Shown here: positions 9,390 through 20,156 of the stretch, one piece after another | Position numbering within the stretch: the stretch's first letter is position 1 | How the letters are laid out: each line of letters begins with the position of its first letter | DNA from: Candidatus Latescibacterota bacterium | GTDB lineage: Bacteria; Latescibacterota; UBA2968 | Assembly (NCBI GenBank): GCA_965204745.1 | Contig: OZ242010.1 | Span: 3,808,001 to 3,872,000, forward strand | Length of the DNA stretch: 64,000 nt | Direction: 5' to 3' | The notes under the pieces: model-generated | What the model was told of the DNA's origin: nothing | Databases searched by the model: none | What the model saw: only the letters and a program-made list of their open reading frames with translations | Program-made: the position numbers and the translations under genes

Positions 9390-12300
9390 TGGAAGTGGGA
9401 GGCGGGATAGAGGCTTCGGATGTAGGGTTCAATGGCTTGAGCGGTCGTGCGCGTAGCATTTTGCTCGATGACGTTCCCTCTGAGGAGGGCCTCGTTCCGG
9501 AAGAAGAGGACGTATCGAATGATCAGGATTATATCCGAGAACAGCCTCACATCGCCATCGCCATCCACATCGAGAATGTTCTGATTGACCAACGTGTCGA
9601 GGTAGGGTTCAATTTCTTGAGCGGTCGTGCGCGTAGCAGTTGGCTCGATGACGTTCCCTCTGAGGAGGGCCTCGTTCCGGAAGAAGAGGACATATCGAAT
9701 GACCAGGATTATATCCGAGAACAATCTCACCCGGCCATCGCCATCCACATCCAAGTTGGCACTCGATGTTTCGTCATCGATAATCGTCCCGGTGCCTTGC
9801 GCCGTGCTTATGGTCGCATTGGTCGCACTGCTCAACTCGACGATCACGGTCTCGTTCTGCTCATCATCCGAGTCGTCGGTCACAGAAACAGGGATGGTCT
9901 GGATGGTATCGCCCATCGCGAAGGTCAGGGTCCCTGCGGTGAGCGCGGTATAATCCGTCCCCGAAGTCGCGGTGCCCGTGCCCGCGTCTGCATACCCCAC
10001 CGTCACCTGTGCCGTGTGCGCCGGGCGTAGGTACACCTGAAAGGTCAGGGTCGCGCCGGTCGCGCCTTCAATCACGCTTGGCGAACCGATACTCAGCGCA
10101 GGCATGCCATCGTCATCGATAATCGTACCGGTGCCGGTGAGGCTCGTAGCCCCGCCATCAAAGGTGGCATTGACCGCGTTGCTCAAAGTCACCTCCACGG
10201 TCTCGTTCTGCTCATCATCCCCGTCGTCGCTCACAGAAACAGCGAAGGTCTGGCTGGTCGTGCCCGCCGCAAAGGTCAGGGTTCCTGCGGTGAGCGCGGT
10301 GTAATCGGTCCCCGAAGTCGCGCTGCCCGTGCCCGCGTCTGCATACGCCACCGTCACCTCCTTGCCGCTCGCCGCATGCAATCTAACGGTGAACGTCAGG
10401 GCAGTGCCCTCAACCGCACTCGGCGAACTGATCGAGAGCCTCGGCGGCGCGTCATCATCTGTGATCGTTATCACAGTCGAGAGGAACACTGCCTGGGCGT
10501 TGTCTGCCACAACGGTCACGGTCACGTCGCGATTAGGCGCGTCTTGGGTATTGTCCACCGCTGTAATGACCACCGTATCCGACGCGTTCGCCGTACTCCC
10601 TGCCGCGATGGTGATCGTCGAATCCATCCCCACCGTGTAAGCATCCGCCACCGGGCGCACCTTGATCGTTGTCGCCGCACTCAACGGGTGTGCCAGCGTC
10701 GCGGTCACGGTGCTCATCCCCCCGCTTTCCGAGATCGTCGAGGGCGTCAGTGCCAACGTCACTATCGCGGGTTGGAGCTGAAATTGCACGGTGGTGTCCA
10801 TGCCGGCATACTTCAAGACCGGATACTGATTCATCGCGCCAAAGGTCCACGGATCATCGTTGCCCGCCTGTCCGTCGAGGTTGGCGTCCCAGCCGTAGTA
10901 GGTGTCGCTGGGGGTGGCACCGTAGGTGGTGGGGCTCTGGAGCTCACTGGTGGTCTTGCCCGTGCCGCCGCCCCCGCTGGTGGCACGGTCGCTGGTGGAG
11001 GTGTCCCAGTAGCTATTGGTCGTGCTGCCTTGACTAGAGGATCCTATTAGCCCGCCGACGTTTGAGGACCCGCTGACTCGGCCGATGGAGTATGAGTTCG
11101 TTACACTGCCGAACTTTTGCCCCAACACCCCGCCGACATGGTTGCTACCGCTGACGTCGGCGGTGGAGTAGCTGGAATTGATAACCGCCGCGTTTCGGCC
11201 TTGATAGCCAACTATGCCGCCGACGCGGTCTGTGCCGGTGACCGATCCCGTGGTGTAGCAGGCGACGATTGTGCCGTTATTGCTGCCGACCAGAATGCCT
11301 GTGTAGAGGGCTCCGGTGACATCGGCGTTGGTTACGCCCACGGTTTCTATTTGAACTCCGGTGTCAACATCGCCGAACAGCCCGATGCTATTCACGTTGC
11401 CACGGTTGATGAACAGGTTGTTGATGGTGTGGCCGTTGCCCTTGAAATCGCCTTGGTATTGGGTGGAGAAAGTTCCGATGGGATTCCAGCCCATGCCGCT
11501 GTTCCAATATGTGGGGTCGCCGGTTTGGGTAATGTCGCCATCGCCGTTTTCGTCGAAGTCAAGGCTTGCGAAAAGTTCGTAGCCGGTGCATGTCCCGGAA
11601 GGACAACCCATACGGACGTTGCTGGTGGTGTCTCGGTTGGGAAAGGCGGCGTTGTAGGTCATGGTATCACTAGCGGCGACGACCCCATCGCCGTTGAGAT
11701 CCCAGCGAATGGCATTGAGTTGCGCCAGCGTCGTAATGTCGATGAGGCCATCGCCATCGCTGTCGTAATCGATCCTTTGGGGCGTGCCCATGACCTCGTC
11801 CGAGGGATCGCTATCCATCCCACCTGCCAAGGTGGCAATGACGCGCACGGTGTAGATCGTGCCAATCGTCAGGTTCTCTATCGTGTAGGTCGTGGTGTTT
11901 CCTCCAGAGACCGTCGCCTGGCGATCAGAGGTGTTGTAGCTTTGTCCGCCGGACTTCCACTGCACCTTGTACCCCCTCGCGCCGGTTGCCTCGGTCCAAC
12001 GCACGATGAGTTGAAGCGGCCCCGGCGTCACGCGCACATTGGTGGGCTTGGCTGGCGCCGTGGTCACCATGACTGCGTCCGAAGGGGTGCTGTTGGCGGC
12101 CGTTGTGGTGTGCGTGGCGATCACTCGAATCGTGTAGGTCGTCTCTGCGGTCAGCCCAGAAATATCGTAGGTCGTGGTGCTCCCGTCAGCGATTGTGGCT
12201 TGCCCGCGCAAGGCGGACACCAGATCGGAGGTGGGATAAGTCTCTGACCCGGATTTCCACTGCACCTTATACCCGATGGCATCGTCCACCGCATTCCAAG

Positions 12301-14962
12301 TCACGGTCAGCGTGTCCGCCGTCGCACTCACCTCCACACCCGTCGGGCTACCCAGCAGGGGAACGTCGGTCACTTCATCCGAGGGGTCACTGTCGGCTAC
12401 ATTGGCACGCGTGGCGATCACTCGAATCGCGTAGGTCGTCCCTGCGGTCAGCCCAGAAATATCGTAGGTCGTGGTGCTCCCGTTAGCGATTGTGGCTTGC
12501 CCGCGCGTGGCGGACGCCAGATCGGAGGTGGGATAAGTCTCTGACCCGGATTTCCACTGCACCTTATACCCGGTTGCATCGTCCACTGCGTTCCAAGTCA
12601 CGGTCAGCGTGTCCGCCGTCGCACTCACCTCCACACCCGTCGGGCTACCCAGCAGGGGAACGCCGGTCTGCTCTGCCGAGGGGTCACTGTCGGCTACATT
12701 GGCACGCGTGGCGATCACTCGAATCGCGTAGGTCGTCCCTGCGGTCAGCCCAGAAATATCGTAGGTCGTGGTGCTCCCGCCTGCGATTGTGGCTTGCCCG
12801 TGCGTGGTGGACTGCTCATCAGAGGTGGGATAAGTCTCTGACCCGGATTTCCACTGCACCTTATAGCCATCCGCGTCATCCACCGCGTCCCATGACACGC
12901 GCAACGTGTCCACCTGCGCGAGCACGCTAACGTTTTTAGGCGGCAACAGCCTTAGCGCGCCAGTCGCCTCGTTGGAGGCTTCACTGTCATCGTAATTCGC
13001 ACGGGTGGCGATCACCCGAACCGCGTAGGTCGTTCTGGCAGTCAGATCGGGAATCTTGTAATTCGTCGTACTGCCCACTGTGGCCTGTCCATGCGTCGCG
13101 GCATGCCCATCAGCAGTGGGGTAATTTTCTTCGCCAGACTTCCACTGCACCTTGTAACCCGTCGCACCGGTCACAGCGTCCCAATTCACCGATAGGGTAT
13201 CCATCAAGGCCATCACACGCACATTCATCGGCATGCCTAGCGTCTCGTCGTCGTCCACCGTCACCGTCACGCTGGCGATAGACAGACCAGTCGTATAGAC
13301 CCCTGAATCGGTGGTAACGCGGTGACTCACAAGCGCGGTGTCGTCCAGGCCATCGGCATCATGCCCTGCGGTTACGGTCACCGTCTGCGCCGTGTTCCAA
13401 TTCGAATTTGTGAAGGTCAGCGTCGAAGAGGACACGGTGACATCGGTGTTATTGCTCATGACGCCAATCACGACGTCGTTAGCGGGTTGGGCATCCAATA
13501 CGACCGTATAGGTGCCTCTGTTGGCGTTGGTGGTGCTGGGATCCTCCTTTAATGCCAGATTGCTTTCGCTGACGGTCACGCCCAGAGTCGGCGTCAGCGT
13601 TATTGTGCCCGTGGTCAGATCGCCACTTTTATCATGAGCCGATGCCCACACCTTCACTGCCAAGGTCTGGTCAGTGTCGAAGTCGCCGGTGAAGGCCAGA
13701 CGCAGAAACACCGCATCGGAATTGCCCCCAGATACAAAGGAGATGGACAAATTCGGGATGGTCGTCACCAATCCGAAGTGAGAAGCATTCAAATAAGAAC
13801 CATGGCCGAAGCGGGTGTGGTGCAGCTGCAGATCGATCCTCGCACCGTTCAGATTGGCTTCGGTTAACTGGGTGGGGGTAGTTGAACGGATCGTGACCCC
13901 TATCACGTTGATGTTGAATAACAGACTGGCGCGATCGCTATTGGCCATGTTGGCGTCCGAGTCCGTCGCATAGAGGGTGACGGAGAAGGTGCCCCCCACC
14001 CCATTGTCAGGCGTGCCGCAGATGGTACGCGCCGCCGTGCCGGGACAAGTCCCACTGCCATCGGCATCAAAGGTCAAACCCGCAGGCAAGCCGATGGCTT
14101 CATAGGTTAAGGCACCATCGCCGCCAGTCGCCGCAGGCATTTGCCACGCCAAAGTGTCCACGCCCGCAGTAATGGTCGTATCAGGCACTGAGTTATTACC
14201 GAAAGACGGAACCTCATCGCTCGACAATGTCGCCGTGTAGGTCGTGTTAAGGCTATTGTCCGTGACGATGACCGAAACGGTTATGGCTCCGCTACTCAGG
14301 GAACTGATGGTGTGTGAGCTACCACTGGCGACCGTGGTCGTGTCTCCACTATTGACGCTGACGCCGATGGTGCCCGAACTGGCCGTGGGTGTAACCTTCA
14401 GGCCGTTGGCGGTGGAGGGGATACTCCCGGTGTAAGTGAGCGTGGACGAGGCGAAGGTCGGCATCAACGTGACCGACGAGGAAGTGGGAATGGGTATCCA
14501 GTCTGCAAAGGCGGTAATTTCAACCTCCCCCTCCCAAACGTGCCACATGACCCCGCCATGGTCGATCTCGGTTTGTTCAAGCGTGATCGATGTGGGATGA
14601 GTGAGGAAACCGACTTGACGACATCCCGCCCTCCCGCCAGGGCTAACATCTCGTCGAGTATCCTTATCGGCACAAACATAGTGATAAAAATTCTGAGTCG
14701 AACCATCAGAAGCGGGGCCAGTAATCCTTATCGTTTGCGAAGTCGTTTGCGGCAAGAGGGTAGTGAAGCCAAACGAGAACGAGTAGGAGCTACTGCTATA
14801 TCTGGGTGAAGCCGGCGGATCAACTGAAATGGTAGCAACCAGTGCCAGGCCGGACAGAGTCGGTGCAGATTGCGCCTTAGCGGACGGAACAAAGCCGATC
14901 ATTGTAACCAGCCAACCGAAAAGCACGATAAAAACTGGATAGATTCGGGAGAACATCGTCAT
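9386..14962 (-). CDS. 1858-aa secreted surface protein: cadherin-like/Ig domains, about five FN3, GLUG repeats, two Calx-beta, duplicated dockerin-like C-terminus
   Basis: Signal peptide (SAKA-Q); W..V..A.GYKVQWKSG repeats; VGGIVG/VGGLIG repeats; GTATSGTDY...GTLTF repeats; LDVDGDG x2. Confidence 0.88.
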   Translation of the reverse strand: MTMFSRIYPVFIVLFGWLVTMIGFVPSAKAQSAPTLSGLALVATISVDPPASPRYSSSSYSFSFGFTTLLPQTTSQTIRITGPASDGSTQNFYHYVCADKDTRRDVSPGGRAGCRQVGFLTHPTSITLEQTEIDHGGVMWHVWEGEVEITAFADWIPIPTSSSVTLMPTFASSTLTYTGSIPSTANGLKVTPTASSGTIGVSVNSGDTTTVASGSSHTISSLSSGAITVSVIVTDNSLNTTYTATLSSDEVPSFGNNSVPDTTITAGVDTLAWQMPAATGGDGALTYEAIGLPAGLTFDADGSGTCPGTAARTICGTPDNGVGGTFSVTLYATDSDANMANSDRASLLFNINVIGVTIRSTTPTQLTEANLNGARIDLQLHHTRFGHGSYLNASHFGLVTTIPNLSISFVSGGNSDAVFLRLAFTGDFDTDQTLAVKVWASAHDKSGDLTTGTITLTPTLGVTVSESNLALKEDPSTTNANRGTYTVVLDAQPANDVVIGVMSNNTDVTVSSSTLTFTNSNWNTAQTVTVTAGHDADGLDDTALVSHRVTTDSGVYTTGLSIASVTVTVDDDETLGMPMNVRVMALMDTLSVNWDAVTGATGYKVQWKSGEENYPTADGHAATHGQATVGSTTNYKIPDLTARTTYAVRVIATRANYDDSEASNEATGALRLLPPKNVSVLAQVDTLRVSWDAVDDADGYKVQWKSGSETYPTSDEQSTTHGQATIAGGSTTTYDISGLTAGTTYAIRVIATRANVADSDPSAEQTGVPLLGSPTGVEVSATADTLTVTWNAVDDATGYKVQWKSGSETYPTSDLASATRGQATIANGSTTTYDISGLTAGTTYAIRVIATRANVADSDPSDEVTDVPLLGSPTGVEVSATADTLTVTWNAVDDAIGYKVQWKSGSETYPTSDLVSALRGQATIADGSTTTYDISGLTAETTYTIRVIATHTTTAANSTPSDAVMVTTAPAKPTNVRVTPGPLQLIVRWTEATGARGYKVQWKSGGQSYNTSDRQATVSGGNTTTYTIENLTIGTIYTVRVIATLAGGMDSDPSDEVMGTPQRIDYDSDGDGLIDITTLAQLNAIRWDLNGDGVVAASDTMTYNAAFPNRDTTSNVRMGCPSGTCTGYELFASLDFDENGDGDITQTGDPTYWNSGMGWNPIGTFSTQYQGDFKGNGHTINNLFINRGNVNSIGLFGDVDTGVQIETVGVTNADVTGALYTGILVGSNNGTIVACYTTGSVTGTDRVGGIVGYQGRNAAVINSSYSTADVSGSNHVGGVLGQKFGSVTNSYSIGRVSGSSNVGGLIGSSSQGSTTNSYWDTSTSDRATSGGGGTGKTTSELQSPTTYGATPSDTYYGWDANLDGQAGNDDPWTFGAMNQYPVLKYAGMDTTVQFQLQPAIVTLALTPSTISESGGMSTVTATLAHPLSAATTIKVRPVADAYTVGMDSTITIAAGSTANASDTVVITAVDNTQDAPNRDVTVTVVADNAQAVFLSTVITITDDDAPPRLSISSPSAVEGTALTFTVRLHAASGKEVTVAYADAGTGSATSGTDYTALTAGTLTFAAGTTSQTFAVSVSDDGDDEQNETVEVTLSNAVNATFDGGATSLTGTGTIIDDDGMPALSIGSPSVIEGATGATLTFQVYLRPAHTAQVTVGYADAGTGTATSGTDYTALTAGTLTFAMGDTIQTIPVSVTDDSDDEQNETVIVELSSATNATISTAQGTGTIIDDETSSANLDVDGDGRVRLFSDIILVIRYVLFFRNEALLRGNVIEPTATRTTAQEIEPYLDTLVNQNILDVDGDGDVRLFSDIILIIRYVLFFRNEALLRGNVIEQNATRTTAQAIEPYIRSLYPASHFQ

Positions 14963-15285
14963 TTTGACTCTCCTCTCGAGGGGGACACTGTACTGATTAT
15001 CCTAACAAACTGTTTTGCAATGAAATAGAACCGCACTCCAAGACGGGAATGGGCACCATGAACGCCTCTTTTCGCGGAGGGAACATAGGGTAAAATGAGG
15101 TTCAAACAGCGTTTGAAAATGGTGGGAATCATCTGGAGCCTCCTTTGCAAAAACTGTCGCACAAATTAGGCGCGGCTTTTCCTCCGCGCTCAAAATCGAA
15201 ATCGTGAACGGGAAAAAAATACAACATCACGCTATTGTTTGTCAAGTGGTAAAGTGACGATGGGATCGGTACCGCCGGATATGAG

Positions 15286-15312
15286 GACAGGCACGGGGGC
15301 CTGTCCCTACGA
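15286..15312. repeat. GTAG-type REP hairpin (GTAGGGACAGGCCCCCGTGCCTGTCC on minus)
   Basis: Copies near 45523-45549 and a partial one near 47692-47711. Confidence 0.7.
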
Positions 15313-15337
15313 CGGATGGCGGCGGGGGATGCGAGGG

Positions 15338-15710
15338 GGACCTACCCCCTGGCCCCCTTCCTAAGAGGAAGGGGGAATGGCGGTGGGTTTTGCGAGGGAT
15401 TGTGTGTAAGGGTTTTTGGATTTTCATGGCGTGCTCCATTCGCTCAAAGCCATCAAAACAGCCCTGGATGCAAACCTTTAAGAAAGCCATGCGCTCCCCC
15501 TTTCCTCGTAGGAAAGGGGGCCGGGGGGATAGGTCCTGCGAGGAAGGGGGAATGGCGATGGGTCTTCCGAGGGGAATGGCGAGAGGTTTTTTGGGGTTCA
15601 TGGCATTATCCATTCGCGCAAAGCCATCAGAATAGCCAGGGATACAAATCTTCAAGAAAACCATGCGCTCCCCCTTTCCTCGCAGGAAAGGGGGCCGGGG
15701 GGATAGGGCT
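15338..15710. repeat. REP/BIME-like cluster, inverted relative to 8676-9108
   Basis: ccattcgctcaaagccatcaaaacagcc...aaagccatgcgctccccctttcct is the reverse complement of the 8940-9010 text. Confidence 0.85.
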
Positions 15711-15857
15711 ATGGCGGTGGGGCGTGCGAAGGACATAGCAGAGGGGAAGGACGGAGCGGCGGTAGGGATGTGTGGGGTAATCCGCGCAATCCCCTAATCC
15801 GTTTAATCCGCGATTCAGACACGGCGGGGCGGTTGGGCGGGGACTGACCACTGCCCC

Positions 15858-18068
15858 TCATTCCCCGATGCAATCCACAAAAATGGGACTGCTCCAAGCC
15901 ATTTCCATATCGGTTTGCACCACGCGGACATAGTATGGATTGATGCCCGGCTCGGCGTCTTTGTCGATAAAATCGAATGACACCTCGCCCGCGGCTCGGG
16001 GTTCGGGCGCGAAATCCACGGTGATGCGGCGGTTCAATGCGCCGAGTTCTACGCTTATCGGGCCGCGTTCCAAGTCGCGCGGGCCAATGTGAAAGCCCAC
16101 CTTTTCCGCCGGCGCGTAGGACATGCGCCGCGGCGGCTCGATGCCTTGATCTCCGAACAGGGGGCCGGTGATTACGGACGTGTTGACCGCCAATTCGATA
16201 TCCATATCCCCGTCCCCCGGCAGGTCCAAAATGATGCCGCTGCGATACCCGCACGTCACCGAATACCAGCGCAGGCCGCGATCCGCAACATCAAAAACGC
16301 GCGAGCGCGGGCTGTCAAACCGAATCCGCTCAACCCCTTTGATGGCGCGGCCCGACACCTGTAATTTTCCCTCCCAGACCACGCCGGAATAACTGCTCTT
16401 GCGACTCGCGCCCTCCCACATCACGCGCACGCGATGGCGGTCTTTTTTTTCGCGAATCGGATGCCTGTAAATGCGGGCCAACCCGCGGTACAGATCGACC
16501 GATTCAAACGGCGCCGTGCCGGCCACAAAAGCCGAGATGCGCGGCGCGTTTCGCGTGGTGAACTCCTCGCCCATGCCGTGGCCCTCGCAAGCGGTACGCA
16601 ACAAAATCCGCGCGCCCGTCGTCGCGTAAATCCGCCGCGCCTTGTACGCGGCAAGGATGCTTTCGATGGTCAATTCCGGCGCGTACACCGCGGCCAACCC
16701 GGCCTTGGCATATCGCCTGTGCTGAAACCCGGGCGTGTCGCTGCCCGGCCGCCCATTGTGGCTGTCGCTCCCACCGAAAAATCCCATGCGATAATCGCGC
16801 TCAAACGTCTCTTGCAAAATCCACTCAAACGTGCCGTGATCCGAGGTGACTTCCACTGCGGGCTCGAGGTGGGGATCGTGGTATTGCAAATCCGAATGCT
16901 CCCCGCCCACATGCGCGGTGATCAGGGTGTCCGTGCCGCGATACGCTTCGTACACCGCTGTGATGTGCGTCAAATCCGTATCCGCATCCGATTTGTCGGC
17001 TAGGCCCTCGTGCCCGGACCGGCGGATGGGTTGGTCGTGTCTGCGAAAATACACGTTGTGATGCCCGCCGCGCGTGGTTTGTGCGGACCACTCAAAGCCC
17101 GGCAGGGCCACAAACCGGCCGGGCTGGTGATAGGCGCGCTCGGCTTCTCGTTGCAACGCCCAATCCCGCGTGCTCAAGACGTGGTCATTGCGCTGGTACC
17201 CCGCAAAGTGGATGCCCGCCACATCGCGTGCGTACTCAAAAAAATCGGGGATTTTCTCTGCCATCGCCACCTGCCCGCCGTGCGAATCCCCCCAGTAGAG
17301 CATCATGGCTGGCGCGGTCTGGCGGCAATCTATCGGGTTGCTCTGCGCGGTCAACGCGCCATCCGTAGCTCGGAGGCGACAAATCCCCTCGGCCTGCGCG
17401 ATGCACCCCTCGACCCAGCAGATCCCCCCAGTTGCGCGGTCAAAGGTCACGCTTGCCGGCACGCGCACCTCACCGCCAGTGACCGCGACCTCCCCGCGAT
17501 ACGCGATAGCGGGATTGCCCCAGGCGTCTTCCGCCTTGACCTGAATGCGAAACGGCTCGCCCACTGCCGCGAGAGATGGCGCGTTGACCGTCAGCGATGC
17601 GGCCTCGCCGCCGATGATTCGCAACGCAGGCGGATCCGGCAGGGTTATGACCTCGCCATCGCCCGCATCCACGCCCACCCAAAAGTAGTGCCGCGCTTCG
17701 GCAAAGGTCTGCGCCCGAAATCCCGGGCCGCCCGCACTCGTATCGCCATACACCACAGAGACCCGCTCGCCTGGGGCCAAGGCGCGTCCGTTCACGGTCA
17801 GCAAAAGCGACATCATGCTCTGCACCAAAACCCCGACTCGCGCCTCTTTGGGCGCGTCCACCGTCAGATAATCCGCGCCTGCGGGGTCATCCACCTGCGG
17901 GGTTGCGCGGTCTGAATCCGCATCCGTATAAATCCGGATCGTCCCGCCCGGGGCAACGCCTTTTTCGCCTGCGGTGTACGTCACTGTCCATGTGCCATAA
18001 GACCCGGCCACCACGTCTGTCGTGGGATGCAGGGTCGCACGGCCGTACAATTTCGTTCTGTCTGACAT
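15858..18068 (-). CDS. DUF3604 / PHP-like metallohydrolase family protein
   Basis: YWGDSHG, GFEWS, GGHHNV, HVGG, GGSDSH, YATTG, AWSSP motifs; start at MSDR after GGAGG. Confidence 0.8.
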   Translation of the reverse strand: MSDRTKLYGRATLHPTTDVVAGSYGTWTVTYTAGEKGVAPGGTIRIYTDADSDRATPQVDDPAGADYLTVDAPKEARVGVLVQSMMSLLLTVNGRALAPGERVSVVYGDTSAGGPGFRAQTFAEARHYFWVGVDAGDGEVITLPDPPALRIIGGEAASLTVNAPSLAAVGEPFRIQVKAEDAWGNPAIAYRGEVAVTGGEVRVPASVTFDRATGGICWVEGCIAQAEGICRLRATDGALTAQSNPIDCRQTAPAMMLYWGDSHGGQVAMAEKIPDFFEYARDVAGIHFAGYQRNDHVLSTRDWALQREAERAYHQPGRFVALPGFEWSAQTTRGGHHNVYFRRHDQPIRRSGHEGLADKSDADTDLTHITAVYEAYRGTDTLITAHVGGEHSDLQYHDPHLEPAVEVTSDHGTFEWILQETFERDYRMGFFGGSDSHNGRPGSDTPGFQHRRYAKAGLAAVYAPELTIESILAAYKARRIYATTGARILLRTACEGHGMGEEFTTRNAPRISAFVAGTAPFESVDLYRGLARIYRHPIREKKDRHRVRVMWEGASRKSSYSGVVWEGKLQVSGRAIKGVERIRFDSPRSRVFDVADRGLRWYSVTCGYRSGIILDLPGDGDMDIELAVNTSVITGPLFGDQGIEPPRRMSYAPAEKVGFHIGPRDLERGPISVELGALNRRITVDFAPEPRAAGEVSFDFIDKDAEPGINPYYVRVVQTDMEMAWSSPIFVDCIGE

Positions 18069-18081
18069 CTCATCCTCCGGA

Positions 18082-20031
18082 TTACCAACCATGCACAAAA
18101 TGCCCGGCATCTGGAAACCAGATCGCGTCGATGACGCTCGACAGGGAAATGCCGAACAAATACCCGACTATCGCGCCGTACCAAAACGGCAGGGATCGCC
18201 TGTACAGATGCACCCCGCCGAATCGCAGCACCGCGACCTTGACCAGCCACACGATCAACAGGCAAAACGCATATCGCCCGGGCGGGAACGCAATGGCGAC
18301 CGGGTGAAAGGGCCACCACGAGAATTGCGAGCGCAAATAGGTCAAGACCCCGGCTTCGGCAAACCCGAACAACCACACGCCGAGTTTTTGCGTGTCGAAC
18401 ACCGACAACTTGCTACCCTCGATATAGGCCACTCGGGAAACCAGCGCGTCCATGGGCCATGACACCAACAGGCCATTCAGCCCGCCCTCGTCATAGCAGC
18501 GAAACAAATAAAACCCGCCCCCACTCGCAAACCCGATCAAATAGGCCAGCGGCACCATCCCCCAGAGCCATGGATGCCGGCGCAGCGAACGCCCGAACAT
18601 GCGAAAAATATGCGGCACCGCGGCCAAACAAGTCGTGCGGCTCGAATCGCCCAAGAACACATTGCGGTTGAACAAGATCAGCATCGACTGCGACCCCGGC
18701 GAGAGTTTGGACGTGCCGACGAGCGAGTGGATGAGGGACCCGCCTTTGCCCCCTGCCGGATTGAGAAAGGTAAAGCCGGTCGTTGCCGCGTACTTTGCAA
18801 TCCCGAAATAGCACATGAACATCAGGCCGAGTTGCGCGACCACGGCCCAAAATGCCACGCCTGCGGACGACATCCATCCCCCGATGCCCACGGTTGCCAT
18901 GCCCAGGCCCACCCAAGCCGTGCGGTACGTCACGGGCGCGCCATCGTCCAGGGCGCGGGTTCGGCTCAATGCTTTTTGCACGGTCTCTTTGAGGTGGTGG
19001 CGCGCGACCCACACGGACCAGATCACCAGACAGGCCAGCGCGCCGTGCATCTCGAGCATGGCGATTTCGCCGGCCTTGGCCGGTTGGTCCGGCAGGCCCA
19101 CGCTGAAGCCCGTGCGGTTGAGCAGGCCCACTTTGAAGATGTTGACCACGTTGTAAAACCAAACGCTGAACAAAATATCGACCGGGCACAAATAGGCCAA
19201 GCCCATGATCAGGGGTTGCACGCGCAAATAATACGCCGGGAAGTACCGGCCCAAATCCACGGCTTTGGTGCGATATTGGTCGAAAACCGTGATGCGCGGC
19301 AAATTCAGTTGAAAATACCCGATGATGTTCCAGCATATTATGCCGGCCACGCACCAGAACCCGATCCAGAAAATTTTGTCCCGAAACACCGCGGGCACGC
19401 GGCCTTCATCCGCGCCTTCGAGCAGGGCCACCGGGAACTCGGACATGGGAAAGACCAACCGCTCTTTTTCCTGCCATTGCTTGAAGAAGAGCACGCTGCC
19501 AAAAAAGCCGGCCATCACCGCGCTGATACAACCGACAAACCACCCAAAAAAGGGCCGCACCCACAGCAACCACGGCACCGGTTCGCCGCGATGCCGCCCG
19601 GTGTACACTTGCCGCACATCCGCGCGGTTCGCATCCAAAAAGAGCCAGTCCGGCAAAAAGGGAATGACCACGTCTCGCAAGCGGTTTTCCGGGGAGGCGT
19701 AAAACTCGGGCGCGGGAATCAGGCTGACCGCGTAAAACCCCCATCCCACTGCGGGCAAGTTGCCCACGATCCACATCATCGAGAAAATGGTGAGCAATTC
19801 CATGCGGGACAGGGCAAACCGGGGCGCGAAGTGGTTCAGCCCAATGTTGATGCCCACCCACATCACAAAGGGAATCAGCGCGGCCACGGGCAAATAACTC
19901 TTGACCAAGTTCCCGGCAAAATAGGTCATATACCACGTGGCGATGACAATGGTCGCCAACCCCAATAAGATGGATCGCAACGTGATGGCATCCGCCGCGG
20001 GTTCGGGTTGTATGTCGGATGATAGAGCCAT
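18082..20031 (-). CDS. Polytopic membrane protein, DUF6785/DUF6784 (OPT-like transporter) family
   Basis: Many TM helices; QWQEKERLVFP and WWPFHPVA motifs. Confidence 0.75.
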   Translation of the reverse strand: MALSSDIQPEPAADAITLRSILLGLATIVIATWYMTYFAGNLVKSYLPVAALIPFVMWVGINIGLNHFAPRFALSRMELLTIFSMMWIVGNLPAVGWGFYAVSLIPAPEFYASPENRLRDVVIPFLPDWLFLDANRADVRQVYTGRHRGEPVPWLLWVRPFFGWFVGCISAVMAGFFGSVLFFKQWQEKERLVFPMSEFPVALLEGADEGRVPAVFRDKIFWIGFWCVAGIICWNIIGYFQLNLPRITVFDQYRTKAVDLGRYFPAYYLRVQPLIMGLAYLCPVDILFSVWFYNVVNIFKVGLLNRTGFSVGLPDQPAKAGEIAMLEMHGALACLVIWSVWVARHHLKETVQKALSRTRALDDGAPVTYRTAWVGLGMATVGIGGWMSSAGVAFWAVVAQLGLMFMCYFGIAKYAATTGFTFLNPAGGKGGSLIHSLVGTSKLSPGSQSMLILFNRNVFLGDSSRTTCLAAVPHIFRMFGRSLRRHPWLWGMVPLAYLIGFASGGGFYLFRCYDEGGLNGLLVSWPMDALVSRVAYIEGSKLSVFDTQKLGVWLFGFAEAGVLTYLRSQFSWWPFHPVAIAFPPGRYAFCLLIVWLVKVAVLRFGGVHLYRRSLPFWYGAIVGYLFGISLSSVIDAIWFPDAGHFVHGW

Positions 20032-20081
20032 GAAAATGATAGCCGAAAAGGGCACGGGGTTTGACGATTGCTTTTCTCCAA

Positions 20082-20110
20082 TTGACAGCGCGTGAGAATA
20101 GCGGTATAAA
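20082..20110 (+). promoter_or_regulatory. Sigma70 promoter of the DUF4160/DUF2442 TA locus
   Basis: TTGACA-N17-TATAAA. Confidence 0.75.
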
Positions 20111-20156
20111 TTTACCAGACAGCACTACATTATTCCAAAAATACAGGGAGAAAGCT

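Noticed and set aside
15242-15738. ORFs within REP clusters (also 8899-9267, 43384-44255, 20297-20616, 51663-52013)
   Set aside because: Translations of repeat or MITE sequence recurring at several loci.
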